Shown piece after piece: positions 5,288 through 14,517 of a stretch of DNA of 17,020 nucleotides. The stretch lies in NCBI GenBank assembly GCA_964519305.1, contig CAZFHY010000030.1, positions 1-17,020 of the forward strand, in the 5' to 3' direction. The position numbers and the translations under genes were made by a program. The stretch comes from Candidatus Undinarchaeota archaeon (GTDB lineage Archaea > SpSt-1190 > JASMDC01). Position 1 is the stretch's first letter; every line of letters begins with the position of its first letter. A model generated the notes under the pieces. That model had not been told where the DNA came from, searched no databases, and was given only the letters and a program-made list of their open reading frames with translations.

Positions 5288-8200
5288 CTATCTGCCGTGT
5301 CCGCCCTGTTGTTGATACTGGTAATAGCCTTCCCGAGTATACCACTGCGGTGGATAGTAGTTATAGAGGAAGTATGAGTCCTGTGGATAGCGTGGTCGTC
5401 GATGGCGTTTAACTGCCCTATTGATGAATAGCATTGCCATCGCCAGGAACAGCATGATCTCAATGGTGTCCTTGAGGTCAAGGAGCACCCTCAGAGGGCT
5501 GTCTTCAAGGATGTGTGCAATGAAGCTCTTAGAGCTCACAATAACGATCGTGGTCTCGGTGAGGGGTCGTTTAACACTTCGGGGGGACACCATCAGGGTG
5601 ACCCTGTACTCTCCTGAAGGTGCTGATGTGATCGATGTATCGATCTCGTAATTAAGTCCCGGGGACAGCTCGATGGTTCTGTCCTTCTCTTCACCGTTGA
5701 TCGATGACCTGAGCTTGATATCGTAGGTCTCCTTCACGTTCCCTTGATTCTCGATGAGGAATGACACACGGATGGGATCACCTTCCTTTGCCATCTCCTC
5801 GGGCTTAGCATCGATATGGGTGCGACAAGAACAATCATCAGAGTTCTGGCAGCTCTCGCCAATATTCGTCTCGCACACACCGTTCTCGCAGTCGCCGGGA
5901 GCACAGTCCTTAGGGCATTTTCCGCATTCTTCTGAATTGCATGTGCCATCCCCACAGGAGAGTGTGCATGAGTGGGTCGCCGTGTTGCATTTGTAATCAG
6001 GGGGGCATTTACAGTCCTCACAACAGGTCACTGAACTCTCATCGGGGCTGTCACAGAAATTGTCCCCGCATTTGATAACATAGCATCCTGACATAATTGA
6101 GTGCTTCCGCTTGGGCTTGCAGATTGATCCTCGCTGGCAGAGGCAGTCTTCTGCGGTAACGGCGCAATCCTCCCCCATCGACGGCTCACAATTACTGTTC
6201 CCCAGACAATCATCGGGAGTGCAGTCCTCCGGGCAGATCGTACATTCGTCCTCGCATAGTCCATCGCCACATATAGTTGACGCGCATGTACCATCTGCGC
6301 ATCTCAGCCCTGACACGCACATATCGGGGCATGTGCACGATGCGTTCACCTGGCCGAGCACATCGCACCTGCCCTCGCCATCGCATACCTTTCCGGTTCC
6401 GCAGACATGACCGCATTGCAGGAACTCAGTAACACAAGCAGTCCCGCTCCATCTGTCCTGCGTACAGTTGTTATCGTCGTCACAGAGCGGATTCTCCCGC
6501 TCGCTTGCGTCGGGTACGGGCCCGAAGAGAGGATAAGGCGTCGTGAACAAGAGGTCATCGATCACGTCATACGCCGCGAGATAACCAAGCATTGCTATAC
6601 CTTGTGCTCCTCCGTTCTCACAGTTCCAGGCATCCTTTCCCGATGCTCCTCCTAGTCCACACGATGATGATTCTGTAAGACTGAGGAGATACCGTCGAAA
6701 TGGCATCTCACAGAGCTCCCAGGGGATGGTGAACTCCCGTGAGCATATCTCAAGGGCCTTTGCATAGGCCATCATGGCCTCCCCCTGCGCGGATGGCTGA
6801 TCGCAATCCCAGTCGCCTTCAGTACGCTCTGCTGAAGCGGGGCCACATCCGAAAAGCGGATTGATGCGGTCCACAGAGCCTTTTGCGCATCGGATAAGGA
6901 ACTCCTGACAGAACGGCCCCTCGGATGGTACCTCTATGAGCTCACATGCACGGGCATACGCAAGCGTGAGCACGAACTCTGAGGAAGTGAAGATATCTGA
7001 GAGCCCGATGGCCGAGACGACCTCGTGCTGCAATTGGCTGGTCACGATCTCGTCAATCCCGCCCAATCCAAGGTCGCGGAGATGGGTGCAGAATGGTCCG
7101 GTGACCTTTGGTAGTTCCAGGAGATCGCATCCTCTTGCATAGGAGAGCATGAGCAGACCCTGGGCCACCTCGTCGCGACACCAGAGCCCGATCTGAGTGC
7201 GCCAGCAGTCGAGCGTATCATTGGCTTTGAGCACCGTGGAAAGATGCGTGCAGAACGCGCCGTCCCCGCGCCCACCGTCCAGGAGCTCACAGGCCTCAGC
7301 AAATCCAAGCGCGAGCATGGCATGTGTCTCCGGGCTCTCCTCGGGTGCGAACAATGCCGCTGCTTGCTCGGCCATATACTTGAGCGCGGTACAATACTCT
7401 GATTCGGTACCAAAGATCCGACAGGCCTGGCCATACATGACCATCATGGTGCCCTGGGCGAAGGCAGTGTCGCACTCCCAATCGTCCATCCCCTCGGATG
7501 TGTCATCCCGCATACCGCACCCGCAGTCCGTACAACCATAGGCCGTCGAGTAACCGCGCAGGAGCCGCTTGGATGCCTCGCATGACGGATTCTTTACCAT
7601 GGGGTCGAGTTCTTCGCAGGCCTTGGCCATGGCGATGGCGGAGGAGGCCTGCTCCCAGGCGCCACCACAGTCCCAATCATCGCCGTCATCCGCAGTACCG
7701 TCCCCCATCCCACATCGGCCCGACTCGCTCCCGGCCCCGGTGTCCGCCATCAGGGAGAGCGCTTGGCAGTATTGCTCCTCCGGCTTCGCCCGGCAACCTG
7801 ACGCGTAACCCTGCATAAGGAAACCGGCGTCCCTGATTCTATCGGGACCACAGTTCCATATATCATCGTGACGATGGGCTTCACCGTTCGGGCCTATGCC
7901 GCACGGAGTGTCCTTGAGGCGGGCGATGTACTTTGCTTCTTCGCACCCCTTCCCGAATTCACTACAGAGGGGGAAGAGCACTCGCATGAGACGACCGGCC
8001 ACCTCGCCCTGCGCACACTCATCAAGGCCGCATACGGGCTTGGTAAGGGCGATCAGGTCGAAAAGACGCAGGCAGTGTTCGCCTGCAGTATCGTTCTTAT
8101 CGAGTATGATACATGCATCCTTGTACGCATCCAGTAGGGAAACAAGCTCGCGGGGATCGTCTGTGGTCCGGTCCTCCGCGACTGCGGCCTTGAGTACCCC

Positions 8201-8899
8201 GCAAGCGTCAACAGAACCCAGGTCACATGCTTGGGCCAGACCCTGTATGAGGTCCGAATGGTGCTCGATGGATGGGAAGCCCGCTCCAGATGTCCTGGTG
8301 ATGTGGTCGTCCACCACTTTGAAGAGGTTGCTACACACATTCTTGTTCTCGGTGGCCGAGCATGCCTCGCCAAGGGCGGACATAACAGCCCCTACGGTCG
8401 CATTGCGGGAGCATTCATCGTACTGCTCGCACTTCACAATGAGGGTTGAGGCGTACAGGATAGTATTGTTGCACTGTTCGCCACCAAAGGCGCGACAGAA
8501 CCGGGCTGCAGCACGAACCAGACCGGTCTGTGTATCAAGATACGTGCACATGGGATTTTCCGGGCCGCATCCGCAGCCTTCGCATCCATCCCGCTCGGTG
8601 GAGCCGGCCTCTAGCAGGAGCTTAGCGGCGGAGCAATATGCTGCACTGCCAAGTGTTACGCAGGCGTCCATGTACCCATTGAACATAGGGAGTTGGGCCT
8701 CCTCGATGCCTGTGCACACCCAATCGTCCCCGAGGTCCGCCTTCCCGTCCCCGCCCATACCGCAACCTCTGAAATCGCTGCCTGCTCCCCCGACACTGAG
8801 TTGTACTACAGCTCGTTCAAGCTCATCGAGCTCAGCGATCGCTGTCGCCGAGGTGAGCACGAGCACGAGCACGACCGCTGCCAATAGATCATCCCTCAC
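5288..8899 (-). CDS. Large Cys-rich, C-terminally membrane-anchored cell-surface protein (1203 aa)
   Basis: GTG start with GAGGTGA RBS; signal peptide; about 14 Cys-paired helical repeats; CDDDNNCTQD and three CGD(G/N)xC..C(P/C)xDC modules; CARDB/Ig-like segment (VSFLIENQGNVKETY); TM helix, basic KRHRRPR, and a Tyr/Gln/Pro-rich tail. Confidence 0.9.
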   Translation of the reverse strand: MRDDLLAAVVLVLVLTSATAIAELDELERAVVQLSVGGAGSDFRGCGMGGDGKADLGDDWVCTGIEEAQLPMFNGYMDACVTLGSAAYCSAAKLLLEAGSTERDGCEGCGCGPENPMCTYLDTQTGLVRAAARFCRAFGGEQCNNTILYASTLIVKCEQYDECSRNATVGAVMSALGEACSATENKNVCSNLFKVVDDHITRTSGAGFPSIEHHSDLIQGLAQACDLGSVDACGVLKAAVAEDRTTDDPRELVSLLDAYKDACIILDKNDTAGEHCLRLFDLIALTKPVCGLDECAQGEVAGRLMRVLFPLCSEFGKGCEEAKYIARLKDTPCGIGPNGEAHRHDDIWNCGPDRIRDAGFLMQGYASGCRAKPEEQYCQALSLMADTGAGSESGRCGMGDGTADDGDDWDCGGAWEQASSAIAMAKACEELDPMVKNPSCEASKRLLRGYSTAYGCTDCGCGMRDDTSEGMDDWECDTAFAQGTMMVMYGQACRIFGTESEYCTALKYMAEQAAALFAPEESPETHAMLALGFAEACELLDGGRGDGAFCTHLSTVLKANDTLDCWRTQIGLWCRDEVAQGLLMLSYARGCDLLELPKVTGPFCTHLRDLGLGGIDEIVTSQLQHEVVSAIGLSDIFTSSEFVLTLAYARACELIEVPSEGPFCQEFLIRCAKGSVDRINPLFGCGPASAERTEGDWDCDQPSAQGEAMMAYAKALEICSREFTIPWELCEMPFRRYLLSLTESSSCGLGGASGKDAWNCENGGAQGIAMLGYLAAYDVIDDLLFTTPYPLFGPVPDASERENPLCDDDNNCTQDRWSGTACVTEFLQCGHVCGTGKVCDGEGRCDVLGQVNASCTCPDMCVSGLRCADGTCASTICGDGLCEDECTICPEDCTPDDCLGNSNCEPSMGEDCAVTAEDCLCQRGSICKPKRKHSIMSGCYVIKCGDNFCDSPDESSVTCCEDCKCPPDYKCNTATHSCTLSCGDGTCNSEECGKCPKDCAPGDCENGVCETNIGESCQNSDDCSCRTHIDAKPEEMAKEGDPIRVSFLIENQGNVKETYDIKLRSSINGEEKDRTIELSPGLNYEIDTSITSAPSGEYRVTLMVSPRSVKRPLTETTIVIVSSKSFIAHILEDSPLRVLLDLKDTIEIMLFLAMAMLFINRAVKRHRRPRYPQDSYFLYNYYPPQWYTREGYYQYQQQGGHGR

Positions 8900-8910
8900 T
8901 CCATATCACC

Positions 8911-9867
8911 TCACGAGTGGGATTGGCCGGCCTTATCGGCCAGTAAGGCCACCTCACGCAGTGTTACTCCCTCTTGGGAGAGGAGGTCGTTGAGCTCTTT
9001 CCAGGATGTCATTTGGCCACCGTTCAGGGATGCTTCCAGCTCCCGAGCCAGCGGGTGCTCTGATGCGACAATGTGCGGACCGATCCTGGGCGAGGCTTGG
9101 AGATAGAGCAGGCGGACTGCCTGCATCCCGCCCAAGACGGTGATGTCGCTACCGGTCACCAGGATACGGAGGCGCTCGGCGCTGATGAGCACGATGGGTC
9201 CCAGCGCTCTACCCAGAAGGGCTACCGCCAGCCGCATGACGGTCGACGGAGCTTCCTGAGAACGTTCGCTGGCCACGATGTATAGCGGAGGTGTACCGGT
9301 GGCACGCATACCATCTGAGAGAGCATCTGCGAGACCATCAAGTGTCATGGGGCGAGCGGGGATGTAGAACACGTCCTCTGCTTCCGCGCCCATGACAGAG
9401 CGGAGCGCGCCCACGACAGTGGAGAATATGAGCAGAATACTCACGCCGAGCCAGTGGAACATGGCCGTCATCCCCCGGAACACAACGAGGCCGACGTCGA
9501 TTGCGGACGCGTCGTCAAGGAACTCCCTGAATGCACTGAAAGCTTCGCCGCTCTCGGTAGGGGAACGCGGCATATAGCCGTGCTGTTCCTGGAACAAGGA
9601 GAGCGAGACCACGACGATCCCCATCAACGGAGGTGCGAGAAGGAGGATGATCGTACCTACCGTGGTCCCGATAACAGGGATGGGCAACGTGGCGAAACGG
9701 TAGAATGGGCCTATCCGGGGTAGCGTGGCTGCATTGGGGATGTAAGGGATGAGCAAGAGCGTGAGCCACAGGGTGGACACCGCAAGGCTAATCTGCATGA
9801 GGCGGGATGAGTCGCGTCGATGTATGAGTGCTGACGTATAGAGACGCACCCAATCAAGAAACCCCAT
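8911..9867 (-). CDS. Uncharacterised membrane protein (318 aa), probably co-transcribed with the large surface protein
   Basis: About three N-terminal hydrophobic segments and a more polar C-terminal half; GGGAG RBS; its stop overlaps the RBS of the next gene. Confidence 0.75.
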   Translation of the reverse strand: MGFLDWVRLYTSALIHRRDSSRLMQISLAVSTLWLTLLLIPYIPNAATLPRIGPFYRFATLPIPVIGTTVGTIILLLAPPLMGIVVVSLSLFQEQHGYMPRSPTESGEAFSAFREFLDDASAIDVGLVVFRGMTAMFHWLGVSILLIFSTVVGALRSVMGAEAEDVFYIPARPMTLDGLADALSDGMRATGTPPLYIVASERSQEAPSTVMRLAVALLGRALGPIVLISAERLRILVTGSDITVLGGMQAVRLLYLQASPRIGPHIVASEHPLARELEASLNGGQMTSWKELNDLLSQEGVTLREVALLADKAGQSHS

Positions 9868-9896
9868 ACTACTCCCTTGGGCGAGGGGCGATGCAC

Positions 9897-9907
9897 ATAT
9901 ATAAAAA
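9897..9907. promoter_or_regulatory. TATA box in a short divergent intergenic region, possibly bidirectional
   Basis: ATATATAAAAA (minus strand TTTTTATATAT), about 30 nt upstream of ATG 9867 (-) and about 50 nt upstream of ATG 9954 (+). Confidence 0.55.
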
Positions 9908-9953
9908 TACCGGCCAGAGCCACATACGGGACCGAAGGGGTGTCCATCGATTC

Positions 9954-10913
9954 ATGCCGCTCTCCTCCTTATCCGATATGGAGCTCGAGCTCGACGGGGA
10001 GGTGCTATCCCTTGATCGGTCCACGCACCGGGCGGATGTCACGTTCGTTTCTCATGCACATATGGACCATGTGCCACGGCGGCGCTCAGCCCCGGTGCTC
10101 GCCTCGCCGCTCACCTTCGATGTGATGCGCGCTCGGACCGGTCATGATCACGTTCATGCCGAACGGGCCCGGTTCGGCCCCTATACATGCCGCTTCCTAT
10201 CATCCAGCCACGCTCCGGGCGCAACGATGCTCCATGTAGAGGGGGACGGCCTTTCGCTGACCTTCACCGGAGACTATTGCGACCAGGAGAACGCCTTCGG
10301 TGTAACGCCCGAGAATGTAGCGTGTGATGTCCTTGTCATGGACTCGACCTACGGCGACCCTCGCCATCGCTTCCCGCGCAGGGAGGATGTACGTGCTGAT
10401 ATCGTGCGGTGGGTTAAGCGTGTCACCAAGGAGATGCACGGTTCTATCGTCTTCGGGGCCTACACTTTCGGTAAAGCCCAAGAGCTCGTGCGCATCCTGA
10501 CAGAGGATGCTGGCGTACCTGTATTGGTGCATGAGGATATCGCCCAGCTAAATCTATTGTGTGAGCGTCATGGTGTTTCCGTTGGTGATGCTGTGTCGGC
10601 AAGCTCTCCTGAGGGTCAGGAGGCGGCCATGGACGCGTTCGTCCTAGTGACTCCACCCCGGACGGTGGATGCCGCCCGGGCGGCTTATGCTAGGCTCACC
10701 CATCGTCCTGTGGTCACAGCCCTTGTCACGGGCTGGGGAAGTCGCCGTCACCGTTGCTTCCCCCTTAGCAATCACGCTGACTTTCAGGGGCTCATGGACC
10801 TGGTCGCCGCCACATCACCCCATCATGTGTACACCGTCCATGGTTCCAACAAGCGACTTGCCAGAGCGATTGCGGATAAGTTCGGTATCAAGACAACACC
10901 ACTAGGGCGATAG
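9954..10913 (+). CDS. MBL-fold beta-CASP family nuclease (COG1236-like)
   Basis: Motifs SHAHMDH, SHAPG, FTGD, DVLVMDSTYG, YTFGKAQEL, LSNHADF and VHG. Start taken as ATG 9954 (alternative 9978) because 9828 overlaps the divergent gene and promoter. Confidence 0.88.
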   Translation: MPLSSLSDMELELDGEVLSLDRSTHRADVTFVSHAHMDHVPRRRSAPVLASPLTFDVMRARTGHDHVHAERARFGPYTCRFLSSSHAPGATMLHVEGDGLSLTFTGDYCDQENAFGVTPENVACDVLVMDSTYGDPRHRFPRREDVRADIVRWVKRVTKEMHGSIVFGAYTFGKAQELVRILTEDAGVPVLVHEDIAQLNLLCERHGVSVGDAVSASSPEGQEAAMDAFVLVTPPRTVDAARAAYARLTHRPVVTALVTGWGSRRHRCFPLSNHADFQGLMDLVAATSPHHVYTVHGSNKRLARAIADKFGIKTTPLGR

Positions 10914-10916
10914 GCC

Positions 10917-12086
10917 ATGTCTACGGTACTGAACGCAGATCTCCACCTCCACTCCCGCCACGCGATAGGCGTTTCTCGCTACATGGACGTCCCCACCCTG
11001 GCGCAACACGCTGCTGAGAAGGGGCTTACGCTCCTTGGGACCGGGGATGCGCAGCATCCCGGATGGCTCGCTCATCTGCGCGAGCATCTCACCGAGGAGG
11101 AGGATGGTCTTTATCGTGCAGCGAACGGTACTCTGTTTGTGACACAGACGGAGTTAGAGGACAAGGATATGGTGCACCACCTCGTCATCTTACCCTCCCT
11201 CGATGCTGCCGAGGACCTTGGCGAACGCATAGCTGCTACGGGCGCGAACGTCACCTCGAACGCTCGTCCCCATCTCAGGATGGACGGTGCCGGTATCGCT
11301 GAGCTCGTACTGGATGTGGGCGGCATAATCGGTCCCGCCCATGCATTCACGCCTCACCGTAGTATCCTTCGGGATGGTGCCTTCTCATCGATAGAAGCCT
11401 GTTACCGGGACCATGCCGCGGACGTGAGCTTTTTGGAACTTGGGCTCTCTGCGGACACGGACATGGCGGATACGATCTCGTCGCTCCACAAGCTCACATT
11501 CCTCTCTTGCTCGGACGCTCATGGACCCCAGCCTCATCGTATAGGTCGGGAGTTCGTACGGTTACGGCTCGACACGCTCTCGTTCCCCGCCCTGCACCGG
11601 GCACTGGAGCGGGGCGACGTTGAGCTGAACGTGGGTCTGGACCCTCGGCTTGGGAAGTACCACCTGTCCTCCTGCACATCATGTGATCGTCTCTTCGCTC
11701 CGAGCGCTGTCCCTGATGACCGGAGCTGCCTTTGCGGTGGTAGCGTACGCGCCGGTGTGAGCGAGCGGGTGGCCCGTCTCGCGGACCTGCCCGAAGGACG
11801 ACACCCGACAGGACGCCCTCCATACTTACGCATAATGCCGCTGGCAGAACTTGTCGCGTTCTCCCTCGGTATGAAGGGAGTGACCTCGAAGCGTGTTGTC
11901 CGTGTATGGCGACAGCTCGTGGCCGCAGGCGAGAGCGAGATAGCGGTGCTGGTGGACATGACGGTTGAAGACATCGCCCGCGTCGCAGGTGAGGAGGTCG
12001 CCCTCTGGATACTGGCCTTTCGAAAGGGTGCGCTCACCGTTCTTCCAGGGGGCGGCGGGCGTTACGGGACCTTCGAACTTGGATGA
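10917..12086 (+). CDS. endoQ: Endonuclease Q (TIGR00375/COG1379, PHP domain plus Zn ribbon)
   Basis: Motifs DLHLHS, GTGD, PAHAFTP, ELGLSAD, SDAH, IGRE, GLDPRLGKYH, CxxC...CxCGG and GGGGRYG, all characteristic of the family. Confidence 0.92.
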   Translation: MSTVLNADLHLHSRHAIGVSRYMDVPTLAQHAAEKGLTLLGTGDAQHPGWLAHLREHLTEEEDGLYRAANGTLFVTQTELEDKDMVHHLVILPSLDAAEDLGERIAATGANVTSNARPHLRMDGAGIAELVLDVGGIIGPAHAFTPHRSILRDGAFSSIEACYRDHAADVSFLELGLSADTDMADTISSLHKLTFLSCSDAHGPQPHRIGREFVRLRLDTLSFPALHRALERGDVELNVGLDPRLGKYHLSSCTSCDRLFAPSAVPDDRSCLCGGSVRAGVSERVARLADLPEGRHPTGRPPYLRIMPLAELVAFSLGMKGVTSKRVVRVWRQLVAAGESEIAVLVDMTVEDIARVAGEEVALWILAFRKGALTVLPGGGGRYGTFELG

Positions 12087-12104
12087 TGGTGCAGGATCAT
12101 GCCC

Positions 12105-12611
12105 TCACACATCATCGAGGAACAGTTCGATGAGCACTTCGTCCACGTACCGGCCTCCGAGCCGTGCTTGCCGTCGTGCCGTGCCGACCACTGTGAACCC
12201 GAGCCGCTGGTGGAATGTCAGGGAAGCTTCGTTGGTGGCTAGGATATAGGTGAAAAGCTTCTCGAACCCCGCAGCCTTCGCCGCTGCGAAAGTTGCTTTT
12301 GCGAGCACGGTTCCGACACCTTGACGTCGGAAGGGCAACCCAACGAACGTACCAATAGTACCCACATGATCGAAAGCATGTGTGTAGGTGGCGAACGGTT
12401 CGATGCTCTGAAATCCGACTATTGATCCTTCTCCGTTCTCCGCGACGAGGAACACACCGCGTTTGGGGAACCGCTCGATATACTCCCGTTCATCTTCGGT
12501 TGAAAGTGGTGAGTCTAGCACGCTCAGATTACCATCACTGATTATGGGATTGAGGATGTCAACGATCGCTGCTGCATCCTCGGGGCGGACATTTCTGACC
12601 ACAAGGCTCAT
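12105..12611 (-). CDS. GNAT N-acetyltransferase (YncA/phosphinothricin acetyltransferase-like)
   Basis: Acetyl-CoA motif FRRQGVGTVL; NEASLTFHQRLGF; N-terminal EDAAAIVDILN. Confidence 0.9.
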   Translation of the reverse strand: MSLVVRNVRPEDAAAIVDILNPIISDGNLSVLDSPLSTEDEREYIERFPKRGVFLVAENGEGSIVGFQSIEPFATYTHAFDHVGTIGTFVGLPFRRQGVGTVLAKATFAAAKAAGFEKLFTYILATNEASLTFHQRLGFTVVGTARRQARLGGRYVDEVLIELFLDDV

Positions 12612-13579
12612 GAGGCGGACTCCTCACTTATCTCGACGTCCGGGTCTGAGTAGGCGATATCGAGGAGCTCGTCGATCGTGGTGATCTCTTTGACAGCATC
12701 GAGCATCCCGGCCACACCTCGCTCATCCTTTAGCGTCTCCAGAGCGCCCTTGACCTCTTTATTCCCCGAGTAGATATGGGCGACTGCCATGATGCAGCGG
12801 TTTATCTCCAGATGCTGCCCGAGGACCTCGTCGCTGAGTGCCGAGTATTTCTCTACGACGGCATCAGCGCCCTTTCTATCGCCCGCCTCGATGAATGGCA
12901 GGATCTCGTCCCGGGCCTCTCCGATGAGCTTGATTGAATTCTCCTTGAAGTGGAGTAGGTGGTCCAGTCTTTCGACCATCTCATCGTCACCGGAATAGTG
13001 CTTCTCCACGTAGTGTTGCAGTCGCTCGGCGCCCAAGATGTCACAAGCGGTGTCGCAGATGATACGCGCTTCTTTCTGATGGTAAGCGTTCTGAAGGGGG
13101 GTTCCCTCCAAGATGAGATGCGTCGCCTCATGGCCCTCGGCATCAGCGCCCCGTAACTCTCCGTATATGTCGGCGATGCGTACCATTCCGCGTGAGCTCG
13201 AGCTCTTTGCTAGGATGGCCACGTCGTAGCCTTGGGATTCAAAATGACGCTTTGCGGCGGGGGATACCCTAACCTCGTCGACGACATCGAAGGCGAGCTT
13301 GTCCTTGGGGCACCTGACGGTCACGTATTGGGTGGGCTGGTACTGGAGATGGAACTCCAGATTCGTCCCGGTCAGCTCCTCCATGTCCTCCACGAGCTCC
13401 TTCTTCCGCTCACCGATGAACTCGCTGCGGTGCTCGTAGCGTTTATACAAGCAGGACCTGTACTCGGCCCGAACGGCCTCTTCGGTATCGTGGTCCATCT
13501 TCTCATTATAGAGGCGACGGTCCAGATCGTTCATTTCCCGCGTGAGCTCGAACCACTCGTGGGAGTACTCAAGATCCAT
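12608..13579 (-). CDS. Acidic soluble protein with HExxH motif (possible zincin-like metalloprotein)
   Basis: GHEATH followed 15 residues later by E (KEA); start taken at ATG 13579, with TTTAAAAA at 13635-13628; ATGA overlap with the GNAT gene. Confidence 0.7.
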   Translation of the reverse strand: MDLEYSHEWFELTREMNDLDRRLYNEKMDHDTEEAVRAEYRSCLYKRYEHRSEFIGERKKELVEDMEELTGTNLEFHLQYQPTQYVTVRCPKDKLAFDVVDEVRVSPAAKRHFESQGYDVAILAKSSSSRGMVRIADIYGELRGADAEGHEATHLILEGTPLQNAYHQKEARIICDTACDILGAERLQHYVEKHYSGDDEMVERLDHLLHFKENSIKLIGEARDEILPFIEAGDRKGADAVVEKYSALSDEVLGQHLEINRCIMAVAHIYSGNKEVKGALETLKDERGVAGMLDAVKEITTIDELLDIAYSDPDVEISEESAS

Positions 13580-13654
13580 TGTCAGTACCCGTCCTTCCGG
13601 TCGGATTGTGCCCGGCACGGCACCCGGTTTTTAAATCGATGCTTTGGGGCCTTA

Positions 13655-14443
13655 TTAACCGAGAACGCTCTTCATGTGGTCGTTCGGCTGCGCGTACTGG
13701 ACCCCGCCCCAGTACCACGTCGTTGCGATTGCCTGAGCAGGGCAGTGATTATAGCATGCCCAGCAAGTATAGCACTTCCTCATCGAGAATATGGGCTTCG
13801 GTCCGAAAGTGATGGCGTCATATGGGCATACCTTTGCGCATGTTCCACACTCGGTGCAGCGCGAGGCGTCCAAGGAGTACCTACCCGTGTTCAGGATGGC
13901 TATAATCCAGGGGATACGTGGTACGAAGCGGTATTTACCTGCATCGAACTCCCGTCCTTCGACCGTACCGCCCTGTGCGATGGTGCTGACGCACCTGTCA
14001 AGCTCGGTGATGAACGCGTTGAAGGTCTGCATCTCCTCAACATCGGGGTGGTCCTCGGCACCATGACCGGCAGCGATCATAGGGGGGTAGCTCTCCGGTG
14101 TATGAAGTGAATGACCGGCAAAGACCGTACACCCGCGGTCCGTTGCGAGCCTTGACATGGTCTTGAGGGTCTTTCCGCTGGAGAATCCGTAGGTATTGAA
14201 CACGAACGCGGGCATCCCTTGCCACGGTCGGAGCTCTTGGATGAACCGTCGCATCAGGGGGGGCGGTTCCCATGAGTCCGTGAACGTGGCCAGTCCGATG
14301 ACGTAGTATTCACCGAGGTCGGGGACGCCGTCCGTAGCTATGTTGAAGAGGTCGAAGGAGCAGTTCGTGATGTTCTTTGTGATGTACTGGGATGCGAGCC
14401 GTGTATTACCGGAGCCCGAGTAGTAGCAGATTACGCCCCGCAT
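13655..14443 (-). CDS. EFR1-type flavodoxin / 2x[4Fe-4S] ferredoxin fusion, copy 1
   Basis: YYSGSGNT flavodoxin loop, PESYPP, CTECGTCAKVCP and CYTCWACYNHCP; start ATG 14443 with TTAATAAA about 30 nt upstream (likely leaderless). Confidence 0.9.
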   Translation of the reverse strand: MRGVICYYSGSGNTRLASQYITKNITNCSFDLFNIATDGVPDLGEYYVIGLATFTDSWEPPPLMRRFIQELRPWQGMPAFVFNTYGFSSGKTLKTMSRLATDRGCTVFAGHSLHTPESYPPMIAAGHGAEDHPDVEEMQTFNAFITELDRCVSTIAQGGTVEGREFDAGKYRFVPRIPWIIAILNTGRYSLDASRCTECGTCAKVCPYDAITFGPKPIFSMRKCYTCWACYNHCPAQAIATTWYWGGVQYAQPNDHMKSVLG

Positions 14444-14517
14444 ACGGTCCCACAGCGCCCTGCTTTTTATTAATCCATTTCGATGACGTCGTCGAACGTC
14501 TGGCGGACCACACAAGA

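Noticed and set aside
5288-8899. Multiheme cytochrome or Fe-S protein interpretation of the Cys-rich protein
   Set aside because: No CxxCH or CxxCxxCxxxCP motifs seen; the signal peptide and Cys spacing fit extracellular disulfides.
8896-8904. Mini-ORF ATG-GAG-TGA overlapping the GTG start of the large gene
   Set aside because: The ATG is only 1 nt from the RBS, too close for initiation; probably chance.
7896-8993. 365-aa plus-strand ORF
   Set aside because: Antisense shadow of the 1203-aa gene; Ser/Pro/Arg-rich with no motif, promoter or RBS.
13232-14110. 292-aa plus-strand ORF
   Set aside because: Antisense to two better-supported minus-strand genes and spans their intergenic region.
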